Shown in pieces: positions 26,201 through 38,515 of a stretch of 63,111 nucleotides of DNA; position 1 is the first letter of the stretch, and the number at the start of each line of letters is the position of its first letter. The position numbers were made by a program, and so were the translations under genes. The DNA comes from Nemertoderma westbladi (taxonomy: Eukaryota > Animalia > Xenacoelomorpha). Under the pieces are notes generated by a model. It saw nothing but the letters and a program-made list of their open reading frames with translations, was not told the origin of the DNA and searched no databases. The stretch lies in contig JAUCBJ010003679.1 of assembly GCA_032718475.1 (NCBI GenBank), positions 1-63,111 on the forward strand, written 5' to 3'.

Positions 26201-27009
26201 ACCACCCGTAGGCAAACGGTCTGGTGGAACGGTTCCACCGCTCCCTGAGGGCCCAACTAACCGGCCCCAACTGGGTGGATGAATTGCCCTGGGCCCTTCT
26301 CGGCAACCGGACCGCCCCAAAGGAACTCCTGAACTGCTCCTCGGCTGATTTGGTGTACGGCTCACCACTAACGGTGCCCGGTGACTTCGTCGCCTCGCCA
26401 ACCAATCCACCGGAATCCACAGTCTTCCTTCCGGACCTCCACAAACACGCGAGGCAGTTCATGCTGACACCAACTTCGCGACCTGGGAAATCTGTGCCTC
26501 CTCAGCTCAGTACAAACGAGTACGTCTTTGTGCGTACTGATGCACACCGCGGCCCCTTACAGCGGCCCTACACTGGGCCGTAAAAGTAGCAGAACGGGGG
26601 CCCAAAACATTCATCGTCGAGGTGGGTGGTTGGCGCGAAACTATATCCGTCGACAGACTAAAACCGGCCCACCTCGCGATCGACCAGCCCGTTGCAGTGG
26701 CCGTCCCGCCACGCCGTGGTCGACCACCCACTGCCAGTACCACCCCGGCTGAACCTCCTACTCCCTCACCCCACCTAGTGGAAACTCCGACAGCCGAAGT
26801 ATTTTTTTTAATCACGGTTCTGGGGGGAGCAGTGTAGCGGTAACAGATATCGAACCGTCAGACACTTTCATTTTCGACGGACAAGATACTGCTGTCCGTG
26901 TCTGCTAGTGACATATGGATTCGACTGTACGTACTATGTACATTACAGTAATAGAATAGTAGTTTTAGGTATACCTACCGGTACCACACCAGCTGCCCTG
27001 GTGTCAACA
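23285..27009 (+). mobile_element. GC-rich Ty3/Gypsy LTR retrotransposon (CsRn1-like lineage), 5'-truncated, disrupted
   Basis: Gag (LGDHKPSQL, LFLEQLP, CHCC-type CYYHARFG..A.QCRSPC), protease (FLVETGA, ILGADF-like LLGADF), RT ([30 protein letters not shown]), RNaseH (TTDTS), integrase (HPSI..C..C, DLVGP, SDRGAQF, GPY-like TGP). PPT TGGGGGGAGCAG precedes the LTR. Confidence 0.95.
26833..27009 (+). repeat. Putative 3' LTR (about 177 bp)
   Basis: Begins TGTAGCGG directly after the polypurine tract and ends ...GTCAACA. No 5' copy in the window, so the right end is inferred. Confidence 0.6.
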
Positions 27010-27204
27010 TTTATCTTACTAATTACATTGAAATGATGTGAGTCGCGCTAATGCGAGAATCGCGCTCTCCACAGTAGATTAAATTATAATTTCAATGAAA
27101 AGTACTTTTTTTGTTTTTTTTTAACACAAAATCTGTGAATTCCCACTTATACAATTACGTATACATTCACCTACCACAATTACCTACAATAGAATTATAT
27201 TAAA

Positions 27205-27325
27205 TCGCATCAGGGATCCCATTGAGAGACTGCACCGTGGAAATCAGAATGGGTTCCGTAAAGGTCGTGGGACCATGGAGCCCTTTTTGGCACTTAGAAG
27301 GATAATTGAAGAGTTATCAAAAAAG
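27205..27325 (+). mobile_element. Short RTE-like RT fragment
   Basis: RIRDPIERLHRGNQNGFRKGRGTMEPFLALRRIIEEL. Confidence 0.65.
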
Positions 27326-27599
27326 AAAGACAGATCCAGGCGAGAACAACATTTTAGCGGATGAATTGTTTACCGCAGCACATAGTGTGTCAACGAAATT
27401 AAATCTATCCAGAGTATTAGGTTCTTGGTGTTCTAAGTTGGAAACGGATGCTTATTTTACGGGCTTATCCTATCCCACGGACATTGACTGACACATCAGT
27501 TAAGATGCTAGAGATACGTAACTTTGCACGAAGAAGTCAATCTTCACCTTACAATTGGGACGATGATGATTTTACGCGACTACAGTATATGATATACTT

Positions 27600-28550
27600 C
27601 GCTTCACATTAGACAGTGACCCTATACAGATTATAGTCGGTCAAAATGCCTCGGAAGCTTTAGAAGTTTTGGAGAAACTCCCTCCCCTCATAGACTACTT
27701 CCTATGACTGCGTTTGTGGGATGGTTTTGTACCGTACACTCAGAAAAGACAATCCATGAAAGAAGCGTCAACATAAATTACATCTCAGAAACTGAACAAT
27801 TAACAGACGCTTCATTTTCCGACAATGACCAAGATTATCAAATCACAGTTGACCATGACACAATATTAACCATCAGTGAGTGACATGGATGATGCACTCG
27901 ATCTAGTGACAGACCATGGCATATGCCTGAATCAAGTACAATACACATGGCCCTGCATCAAGAAACTGACTGTCTAGATTATGACAACACTCGTTTAATT
28001 GACAGCCAGATAAGAAGGAATGATCCTTTTTATCACTTGGATGCACCAACAGGTGTTTGGAAGAAATGTTAATGATAAGGGTATGTCTGTTGAAGGGAAA
28101 CGCGCGATTCAGATACAGGAGACCACGACTCGTTTCATTCCTGATGAAGGAAAATAATATGAGGTAGGACTTTTGTGGCGATTAAAGGATCCGCACCTTT
28201 TTAATAACCAACCTTTGGCAGAGAAACGGTGCGATCAGCTGAAACAACACCCACTTAGGAACGAAGCGGCTTACGACCTGTACAAAGTAGGAATAGATAA
28301 GTACATAGATAGAGATTACACAGAAAGAGTACTTTAGTAAGTGCACATAAACCAGGCCACGTACGTGTAGTCTTTGATGGTTCTGCGTTTATAAAGGCCA
28401 ATCGTGAATTCGGAACTCATGGCTGGACTGAATTTATTTGCTAATTGCCCGGCCTATTATTAAGGATGAGGCAATTTGCAGTAGCTGTAGCCTCCGATAT
28501 AGAGGGTATGTTTCTACAAGTGAAACTGTCACTCAAAGATAGCAAAATTC
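27600..28550 (+). mobile_element. Degenerate BEL/Pao retrotransposon pol remnant
   Basis: YEVGLLW, NNQPLAEKR, VRVVFDGSA, LMAGLNL, VAVASDIEGMFLQV in broken frames. Left boundary uncertain. Confidence 0.7.
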
Positions 28551-29289
28551 TATCACAAAATCCGTATTTAAGAAATTTAGAACGCCAATAAATCAAAGAA
28601 GGATGGAAAGTTTCTCCCCTTCAACCCCCCTTTTAATCTGCACCACCCCAACCCAAAGGTGCACAGAGGATTGATGAAAAGTAGGTATTAACAGAAAATT
28701 TGTGTTTTAAAAGTAATATATTAGATATATTTTAAGAGTGGACGCGACCCAAATTGTCAGAAATATTAAACTTACCTTATGCCGACTGAAATATTAATTT
28801 ACCAGGTCCCGCAACCCCTAACGAAGATATTTAGCTAATTATTATACGAATCTATGAATTCTAATCACATAATCCCGATTAAATACCGGTACTCAGCCAA
28901 TCATTTCGCGAGATAACGCTAACTTTGAGTGAGAAGTTTCTATGCAAATTTCTAACTCCAAAATAGTGCTAACACCACTCAGAAAATGATTTCCTTAATG
29001 TCAAATTTATATATTTTTGAGGTCAAAAAGGTATGATCCCACTGTCGCTGAATCCTTAATGTCAAATTTATATATTTTTTAGGTCAAAAATGTATGATCC
29101 CACTGTCTCCAATTCGGCAACTTTTGGAAAAAAAGGCACAGATTCAATGTTTCCTCAAGCGACCAGATTGGGAACTCAAGGTTCACTAGTCCTTTGTGAA
29201 AACTACTGACCGTAATTGCCTTTATTGCCCATAGTGCTAACTTTCGCATTGTTAGCATTCTATAAATGTAGACACGACAGACACACCGA

Positions 29290-30503
29290 TTGATACTACA
29301 GCTGATGCGATCTTATACCTCCTTCATCAGATTACAAAAGCGTTAGATGAAAGACACACAATTGTAAAATGTTTATTCATAGACTACTCATCTGCTTTTA
29401 ACACAGTGTTACAAAACAAGTTTTTAAACAGACTTTTAGACGAATTACCAATAGAGATGCGTTGGTTGGCCAGCTGGCTTCACTCATACATGAGTGGTTT
29501 CTCTCAATCGGTTAAATCTGGAAAAAACATATCTTCCTCTATTTCACTGAAAGTTGGTTTTCCCCAAGGGGGTCCTCTTAGTGGACCTTTGTTTACCAAA
29601 GACACTGATGAAATTCGAGCTGACGATGGATCCCTAGCAAAATATTCTGATGACTCAAGAAATCTACAGGCGATAAGGCATTCCGCAGAAAATGACAAAT
29701 ATAAGTCTAACATACAGCGAATTGTTGAGCTATCACATGGAAAAAACTTAAAGATAAACGCAAAGAAATCTGAAGAACTATGTTTCATTCCAATGAACTT
29801 TAAAGAACAGAAAGTTCTAGATATCGCAGAAGAAATAATCTACATAGATGGTGACGAGATTCCGCGTCCGTCCGAAGTGAAACATCTTGGAATATGGATT
29901 GCAAATAATCTATCATGGAAAACTCATATATTTAAACTTATAAAAAGGGTAAATTACATAGTTCGCCAATTCAGTTTTTTCATCCGGTTTGCAAATAAAG
30001 ATACAAAAATATTTCTCTTTGAAACTTACATTGTACCACAATATATGTACTGTGCGGTTGCGTGGGTCCCCCTCATTCCAAAGAATCTCAAAAAGAAGTT
30101 AAAGAGGCCACTGTCGCTGTTTGCCAAACACTCAAAAATTGAAAAACAAGTTTACATGAACATTATAAATGATGCGTTTTCCAAACAGTTCACCAACATG
30201 GTAAAGAAGATTGTGGACACGCCGAGTCATCCTCTACACGCTTTCATTATTGGTTGCCGATCAAACTCCACCGCAACTCGCAATAATTACAGAATGCCTG
30301 ATACACGGACCAAGATGTTTCATAACTCTTTCGCTCCAAGTGCTATTAGATATCTAATAAACAATGAGATACCGATTTTCATGCAATGATATTTTATTTA
30401 TTTTTATGTAATCTGTGTTTGTGATTAACGGTAATTTTCCTATTTACATTCCTCCATATGTACAGGAAATAAAACTAATTATTCATTCATTCATTCATTC
30501 ATT
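29290..30503 (+). mobile_element. 5'-truncated LINE (Rex1/Babar-like) with open RT C-half and (ATTC)n tail
   Basis: TADAILYLLH...LFIDYSSAFNTV, GFPQGGPLSG, KYSDD, KHLGIWI, HPLH. ORF 29406-30389. AATAAA followed by (ATTC)5 tail. Confidence 0.88.
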
Positions 30504-30961
30504 GAGTTAGTAGTACCCGTACGCTAAGCTCGCTTACTTTCGTGGCTCGCCCCACAGTATCAAAAATGAACAAAAAACTAGAAAAAGCAGCCTTCACAAA
30601 AACTACAGTGGAGCTAAGTGCAACGTCCTGAATAAATATTATATTCTAGAAGTCCTTGGTTGTCAGACCGGTACCCTTTACCTTGTGCTCCAATTTAGGT
30701 TAGTGGCCATCGAAACTTGTTTTTAAAACAAGTTAACTTCAATAAAAATATATTAGCTACATTTGTTAATTTTTTCCAATAATTAGTTATTAATAAAAAG
30801 CAATAATTAATAAAAAACAGATATATATTTTATATAAAATATTTGTTCTGAAACGTATGTCATTCTTAAAAGAACTTACCAAAACCTACTGTAGCAAGTA
30901 TAATAAAAAAAATTGGTACGGATATTGCACTACTGTATTAGGCAGACCTTCTAGTAACAAA

Positions 30962-32171
30962 GGCACTAACTATGTTATGGGTACCCACTTTTTGACCATT
31001 TATTTGACAATGTTAATGGCTATTATCTTGAGGTTTTTTGTTTTAGAACATTAATGTCATCTTCTGTTAGACTTAGCTATTGTTTTTTTTATGGTAGCTA
31101 GTGATTTCTTTTAGGTAGCTACTGTTTTTAAAATTGCAAAACCAAATTTTTGGTACCTAATTTTTGATCAATTTTTTTACCGTGTTATTGGATATTATCA
31201 TGATGTTTTTCGTTCTAGAACATAAATTTCACCTTCTGAGAGAGGTTACCTTTTTTTTTATTAAGGTAGCTAGTGTTTTCAAAGGTAGCTAGTGATCTTA
31301 AAATTACAAAATAATATTTTGGACCATGTTAATGGATATTATCAAGATGGTTTTTTGTTCTAGAACATAAATTTTTCACCTTCTGAGAGAGGTTAGCTAG
31401 TATTTTTTATTATGGTAGCTACCGGTAGTGTTTTTAAAGGTAGCTAGTGATCTTAAAATTACAAAAGAAATTTTGTAGTGCCCCTTTTATTTAGACAATT
31501 TCCATATCATCAATATATTCTCGCAATTAATGAAAAGATAAATAAATCTAGTAATAAGTAAAATAAGTAAAAACTCTATTTTGACATCTGCCTATATTTT
31601 ATATAAAATATAAAAAACTAACTAGTGAATAATTACTAGCTACTTTGACTATCAAATATAAATTACTAGCTACACCATGACTCATAAATTATTCCATGCA
31701 AATATATAATTGAGAATTAAATTACCGGTATGTCTTACATTTACTAGCTAATAAATAGTACTATCTACTGTAACACAAAATCAAAAGTACTAGCTACCAT
31801 CTTACTGTCAGAAGGTCAAATATTTGCTCTAGATAAAAAACCTCATAATAAAATACATTTTTACAAGAAAAAAGTTGGTCAAATTTTTTTAAATTTTTCA
31901 ATTATAATTTTTTTCACTAGCTAATAAAAAGTACTATCTAACACAAAATCAAAATTACTAGCTACCATCGTACAGTTAAAGTCGAACATCGAACAGTACT
32001 AGTTAAATATTTGTTCTAGAACAAAAAACCTCATGATAAAAGCCATTTTCATATGAAAAAATTTGTTTATAAAGTGGGTACCCATAACATAGTAGTGCCC
32101 AAAGGCACTACTATGTTATGGGTACCCACTTTATATTATGTTATGGGTACCCACTATTTATTAGTAGTGCC
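30962..32171. mobile_element. Non-autonomous foldback TIR element with 8-bp TSD (Merlin-like)
   Basis: TSD GTAACAAA at 30954-30961 and 32172-32179. Termini GGCACTA...TAGTGCC. Internal inverted arrays of GGTAGCTAG and GTTCTAGAAC repeats. An extra TIR pair lies at 32070-32130. Confidence 0.75.
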
Positions 32172-32212
32172 GTAACAAATTTGTATGTTTTAGATTATGT
32201 ACTGTAGTAGAT

Positions 32213-32686
32213 ATGGATGCTAATTTGAAATGGTTTACAGAACCTATACATTACAAGAATGCTGAAAAATGGCTTGCTCAAAGTGGGGATTATCGAGCAA
32301 CATATATATTAGAAAAAGCAGGTGATACTGACAACAAATATCCAATGTGTTCTAAAAGTGAATTTGAAGAATGGATTGGGCAAAGGGGATATATCAGTTG
32401 TCATTCGAATAGATCAGCTCCTAGTAACTCAGATAGAGAACCAACAAATTGTAACAATGAACCTCCAGTTAAGATTGGGAATTACCCTGGAATGGTAGTG
32501 GATGTCGACACTGAAGAAAAACCCATAGATCCAGAACATCAACATTACATTGTAAAAATATTGAGTAACTGGCACGAGGCCGAAGCAAAAATCTATAACT
32601 ACTTGGACCAACAGCTGGCTGATAAAAACAAGCGATGTGCGTCCCATGCACAGCACCCACACCATCACCCGCAATATACATTTTAG
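32213..32686 (+). CDS. Orphan ORF-A, copy 2 (157 aa, His-rich C-terminus)
   Basis: ATG-to-TAG ORF, paralog of 7780-8265, with the same upstream context (GTACTGTAGTAGATATG). Confidence 0.6.
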   Translation: MDANLKWFTEPIHYKNAEKWLAQSGDYRATYILEKAGDTDNKYPMCSKSEFEEWIGQRGYISCHSNRSAPSNSDREPTNCNNEPPVKIGNYPGMVVDVDTEEKPIDPEHQHYIVKILSNWHEAEAKIYNYLDQQLADKNKRCASHAQHPHHHPQYTF

Positions 32687-32796
32687 GATAATTTTAAGTA
32701 ACACACTCCCCAAGATCCAGCCAGGCAAACAGTCGTTTTTATGCAGATCTTAATGCACAAAGGGAGTTAGAACTACTGTTATTACCAATAAGTTAA

Positions 32797-34065
32797 GGGG
32801 TAGCTTTACCCATTTTAGGATAAAAAATGCAAAAACCTTTTTTTAGTCGATTTTTTGTGCAGAATTTAATGGCGAATCCAAATATGTAAGTTATGACTTC
32901 TCAACATGTTTAGTTTTGGAGATATGATAATTTCACTATGGAATGTTTCCATAAAAGTATGATTATCATTATTTTCCCCAAAAAATGTGTTTCCCAACTT
33001 AAACAGACAGACTAGAATTTGCTGAACATCAAAACTGACACCGGAAATGAAATCAGCGACCCCGAAAACCCCCATAATGAAAAGGTTAGCTAGAATGTGT
33101 GTTTTTGTATGTTGACAAGCATTCGAACAGACAAAAAAACTGACAAGACAGACACCGACAAACAGCCAAACTGACAGATAGACAGAAAAAATTCAACCAA
33201 AAATCAAAACTGACACCGGAAATGAAATTTGCGACATGGAAATCACCCAAAGAGAAACTTTTAGATATTTTGCGTGTTTTATTATATTTTGACGGACAAA
33301 CCAACAGACAGACATATATTCCTACAGACAACGAGACAGACAGAGTTGATTTGTCCAAATTTGACATCACTTGACATCAAAACTGACATCAGAATTAAAT
33401 CTGCGACTACGAAAACCCCCATAGTGAAAATTTCAGCTGTCTGCTTCCTTAAAATCATTCATAAATGACTATTTTAATTAATTCATATCGGCAGTCACAT
33501 AGAGACTGACCAATTTGCGCGGGAAGGTTCAAACTTTAAAAGCATTTCACTCGGAATATTTTTTTCTCGTTTTATGCTTCACGCAAAATCTATCTACTTC
33601 GTCATTTTTTATTCAATTCGTTTGAAACTTGTAGAGAGATTTTGAAATTTTCAGTGTAGGTTATGTTTTGGGCCGATAATGTGAAAAAATATCGGCCCGA
33701 AATAAAGTACATTTTATTTTTTAGTTTATATTACACGTCTGATCAAAATTTGAAAAATCTGTCTATAACTTTTATTGGTCAATATGTCAACACCATTCAC
33801 TGTAAATTTCAAAGGAATTGATTGCAAAATGACGGAGTAGATAGGTTTAGAAAAATGAAAATGCTACCCTTTTTTTCAGAAAAATCTGAATAAAATTGGA
33901 GGGAAATTCAAATTTATATTTTTGCCATGAAAAATATCATAAGAACTTATTAATACATATACAGTATAATGCATTATTTCCATCCTATATTCTATATACA
34001 AACAAAACTCTTGCAATCCTCCAAAAACTGGAGGTGTCTCCAAAAAGGTAAAGCCCCCCCCCCCC
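32797..34065. mobile_element. Kolobok-like non-autonomous DNA transposon
   Basis: TTAA|GGGGTAGCTTTACC ... GGTAAAGCCCC(C)n|TTAA. Internal repeats AAAACTGACACCGGAAATGAAAT...GAAAACCCC. Confidence 0.65.
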
Positions 34066-35039
34066 TTAAATTTAAAAATTTTACATGTATTACATGATGT
34101 TAAATAACGTGGAACATATTTTCATTATGCTCTCGATTCTTTATTAAATAAAATATCTCGAGTAGGGGCCTATATTGAAAATAATGTTCTATTTACCATG
34201 CAATAAATAACTAATTCTTTTACAAAAAGAAAGTACTATTTTTTATCCAACTTTTTTATCCGCATTTTCGAGGAATAGTAGAACATTTTTAAAAGAGTTC
34301 TACATTTTTCCCATGTAATAAATAATTATTTTGTCAGCATATGCGGACAAAAAATTATTTTATGTCCGCATTTTCGCGGATAAAAAAAGTGAATTTTTAA
34401 AAGAATAATTATTATTTTGTTAGTTTCTCTTTATAGAAGGAAATTAGGCGTACCCATTCCCATGCCCCATGAGCCATGTAATGAGATTCCCATGTAATGA
34501 ATAGTAGGCCTTTATTATCACCGTATTACAATTAATATTTTTCAATGTCTCCCCTTTTGAAAGTTATTTTGAAATACCGGTATTTCTCTTATTTACGAAT
34601 TATACTGTTAACCACATAACCAGCTGTTCAGTGTTCATTCTGATACCACACATTCACATTTCTTTTCAATTAGATTTACCTGAAATCATTCACGAGTTTA
34701 GTATCGGTAGTCACAAGGCTAATTATGTCTAATTGATTTACCAACATATTTTCCAACTTTCTATCACATTCCCACATTATTTCCCAGCATATCACTACGC
34801 CATGCGTGTAGGCCCTACGTTTCGGTATTTCTAAATAATGCCTAAATATAGAAATGACGTCTTTTGAAATTGTAATTTTAGGAAAAAATTAATATCTGAA
34901 AAAATGGATTTGGGGCCGACCTTAAGGTACTTGAAAGCAACTTCGTTTAATGCAACTTCGGAAAAGATTAATATTTATTTTATGGGGTCCAAAAAATTTT
35001 GCAATTGGTGTGGGAGGGGTTAGGGGTAGGGGCAGGGGG

Positions 35040-35915
35040 ATTTATAATTTCACTAAAAACACTACTAGTCCCTCAATCTTGGTTTAAATTTCTTGAAATC
35101 AATTTTTTTGATTCAGTATGATCTACTCTAAAACATTTATCTTATATTATATTTATCTTATATTACATAAAAAATAAAGATTTTTTGAAATTCTATAAGA
35201 TAAATGTTAAAGAACTGCCGAAACCCTTTCGATTGAACCTAAAATCATAAGATTTGGTTGACAAATGGCGGAGGAGTTGTGTTTTAAAATTGAAAATGTC
35301 ATTCTGAGATAATTAATTGCCTTTAAAGTTTGAAACTTCCCGCAAAAGCTGTCTGTAAATATGTAAGAATGTCTGTCAAAATTTATCTAGCAACAAGAAA
35401 GAACAAAACCTTGCTAAGATTTTTGCCATGGGGGTTTTCATGGTCTCTGATTTCATTTCGGAGGTCAGTTTTCAATTTTAAAGAAATCTAGTTAGTCCGT
35501 ATGTCTGTCTGTCGGACTATACTACTATCCGACATTCTGTCCGTCAAATATAATAAAAGGTCACACCATCTAGTTAAACGTTCAGCTATAGGGGTTTTCC
35601 TGGTCGCAGAATTCATTTCGAGTATCAGTTTTAAAATTTGATGATTTCCAAATTATTTTTCTGTTTGGCTGTCCGGTTCTCGGTAATATTTTGACGGACA
35701 GACTCACAGGCATACAGACAGAAACGACGAGGTCAAATTTGAATATTGACATCAGAAATGAAGTCAACGACCGATTTTAGACAGATACAGTATTATGATT
35801 TTTATTGACGGGCAGAGCGACAGTGAAATGGACAGACATCCATATCTCGAGAAGTAAATAGATCTTACGAATCGTTTTTTACAAATTTGGAATCTTGATG
35901 AAAGTTATATGCACA
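35040..35915 (-). mobile_element. Related Kolobok-like repeat, reverse orientation
   Basis: Reverse-complement matches to motifs in 32797-34065 and 37225-37946 (GCGGGAAG.TTCAAACTTTAAAG; AGGGACTAGTAGTG.TTTTAGTGAAAT). Confidence 0.55.
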
Positions 35916-36110
35916 TATGCTTATTTTATTATGCATATATTCGAGCAGATATGCTCGATTACTTAACCGATTCATTAACTATCTCATACTGTACATGTAT
36001 CTGTCTGTTCTGCCTTTAGTGCTGCTCCAACAACCTCTAATATGCCCTCTCGAGAGCCCCCTGTCCGTCACTATTGAAATATCCACTCTCTGGGGGATGT
36101 TTTCAAAAAT

Positions 36111-37070
36111 TTGCTCCAACAATATATTTCGGGATATGGTGATGATGAATCTCATTATTTAGTTGTAACTGATTATGAAATAAAGATAAAGTATAATAAG
36201 CTATTTGGGCGCTTATGGCAGTTATTGAAATTAGAACCAAAATATCCAATAGATAATATCAAAGTTGAATTGAAAGATGTAGAAGACGGTGTTGAAGACA
36301 TAGGAAAATTTATTTATCAACTTATGGACTCAATGGACCAAAATTTAAGTGATATCAAGAATGAAATCACAAATAAAATGCTTTACAATATGTTTCAAAA
36401 AGTTGTTAACTTAAACATTGACCTTAAACGCAAGATAGAAGAAATAGAAAAAATTAACATATGTAAGGCAAGAGATAAAGTTAGATTGATGATTGCTGAA
36501 GGATTTCTTAAAAAGGAGATTCAGAGAATAGAGAAGAGGGGGGACTCTTTTAAGAGAATAGAGAAGAGGGCGCACTTTTTTTTTCCCCAAATTTGTGATT
36601 TAAAATTTCGAGAACTCGAAGAAGAAGAAAATACAGTAATAGCGAGGGTTTTAAGGGTTGAGGCTAAAAAGAAAGTTATCTTACCGAGTGATGATATTCC
36701 GTTTCCTGGCCAAGGGAAGAAATATGTCATTGCGAAGGAGCGATTAGTTAGGGGCGGTGTGCGGTTGGTGGAAGACACAGATGCAAGCAGATTGGTGGAA
36801 CGACAAGAAGGGATATTATACACAATCGGCGGTAGATATTATTGTCTTGTTGATCGCAAAGATGATGATTACGTTTACCTACCAAAAGACATCGATGGTC
36901 GCACGGATGTTATGGCGCCTTCAGCTTCAATAATCGATTACATATTGCTGCGACAAAGTAAACCACCAGGGGAGACAATTGTTACAAAATTAATAACAGA
37001 GGAAGAGTTCGAGAAGTTTGAAGAACTGACTTTACGAGTGAGAGATGAAACACGGTGCCGTATAATGTAG
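36111..37070 (+). CDS. Orphan ORF-B, copy 2 (319-codon open frame, coiled-coil N-half, C-terminal CaaX CRIM)
   Basis: Long open frame conserved with copy 1. True start unclear: the track start is TTG, and a possible acceptor TTTAG lies at about 36019. Confidence 0.6.
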   Translation: MLQQYISGYGDDESHYLVVTDYEIKIKYNKLFGRLWQLLKLEPKYPIDNIKVELKDVEDGVEDIGKFIYQLMDSMDQNLSDIKNEITNKMLYNMFQKVVNLNIDLKRKIEEIEKINICKARDKVRLMIAEGFLKKEIQRIEKRGDSFKRIEKRAHFFFPQICDLKFRELEEEENTVIARVLRVEAKKKVILPSDDIPFPGQGKKYVIAKERLVRGGVRLVEDTDASRLVERQEGILYTIGGRYYCLVDRKDDDYVYLPKDIDGRTDVMAPSASIIDYILLRQSKPPGETIVTKLITEEEFEKFEELTLRVRDETRCRIM

Positions 37071-37224
37071 GAATTATCATACAACTGCACAGCCATTGAT
37101 GAACGCAGAGTGTTGGTTCAATGTGTAGTAGAAAACAATATTCCATATCATCATATTATGTATGATATTTATTGAATTATGTAAATATTTCAATGGCTAA
37201 AATTTTCCAATTTTTGGTTTTTTA

Positions 37225-37946
37225 TTTCATCTGATGCAGAATTTAATTGGGATTTCAAATCGTAAAACGGCTTGGCGAGAAATTTTTTAGTTCTCAAGTT
37301 ATCGCTGCAATTCCGTCAACCAATTTGTCCGCCAAAATTTAGAAGAAGACAGACAGACAAACCATTAGACAGACATATTAGATACATCAAACATTAAAAC
37401 AGACGTAGCAACTGAAAATCACCGACCCCTATTCCCATATATGGATAATTTTAGTGAGGTGGTATGAATCCATAATGCCAAACATTTCTAACCGATTTTA
37501 ACAGACCCCAGACAGACATGTTTGAGCGGGAGGGTTCAAACCTTAAAGCAAATTATCTCGCAAATTATCCTCCCCCCCCCCCCATCTCTCTCCCAAATTC
37601 AATAATTTATGGCTCGCTTTTTTGAAGATCTTCAACATCTCTCCAGCACTTCTTTGAAACATTTTTTTGTTCAAATATTATTATAGATTGTAAAATATTT
37701 AATTAATTAATATTAATAATTAAATAAATTTAATTAAAAATTGATAATTTAAAAAATCGGCTGGGGAGTTTTTGTTGATTCGAAAGTGCCGAGTACAAAA
37801 AATTTGGTTTAAAAAAATTTGGATAAATATTAAGGGACTAGTAGTGCTTTTAGTGAAATATTTAATTCCGCCACTCGCCGCTAGAGGGACACAAAAAAAT
37901 TGTCACATTTCCATGAGGGTTTAACCCCCCCCCCCCCCCCCCCCCC
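37225..37946 (+). mobile_element. Kolobok-like repeat, right end
   Basis: Shares GCAGAATTTAAT and GCGGGAGGGTTCAAACCTTAAAG with 32797-34065. Ends (C)n|TTAA. Confidence 0.55.
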
Positions 37947-38515
37947 TTAAATAGAACACAGTAATAATGTATAACTTTTTACGGCGGGAGAGATTCAGTA
38001 TTCTTGTCAATTAAGACACTTACCTACGGTATTTGTATTGTATTGCTAGTTGACCAATTGCTTTCATTTTCGAGTGCAGCTGTACAGGTACACTATACCG
38101 ACACACTACCGGTAGTAGGCCTACATAGTGATAAGTAATCACTAGTAAAAAAACATAGGGAAAACAGTGAAAAAATGATCAGCATTAATTTTTACCTATA
38201 TGCTGCCAAAAAAATAAATTCAAAGAGTCTAATACAGTACTAAGTAGAAAGCATTGTTACCAGGCAACCCAGAAACAGTAACCAATGAGCATGAATTTCA
38301 GCACTATATCCTATTTAATTAAATAAAATAACGAAATTATAATGAAGAAATTAAATACCGAAATAACAATATATTTAGACCAGCCATCCATATTATATTG
38401 TAAACGCGAATAACCTAAAATGCGTAAATCTAAATCAGTATGTATTTGTACCAGTAGGTATATAAAATGCACGATACCACAGTTTAGAATGGATAATCTG
38501 TTATTTATTCCGGTG

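Noticed and set aside
23236-26815. Many overlapping and antisense ORFs
   Set aside because: Shadows of GC-rich Gypsy gag-pol; only the motif-bearing + frames are meaningful.
28992-29107. Two-copy direct repeat of about 60 bp
   Set aside because: Ordinary local duplication with no further structure.
36075-36077. Selenocysteine call for the conserved TGA
   Set aside because: No SECIS identified by eye and no Cys-containing homolog known; kept only as a low-interest item to check.
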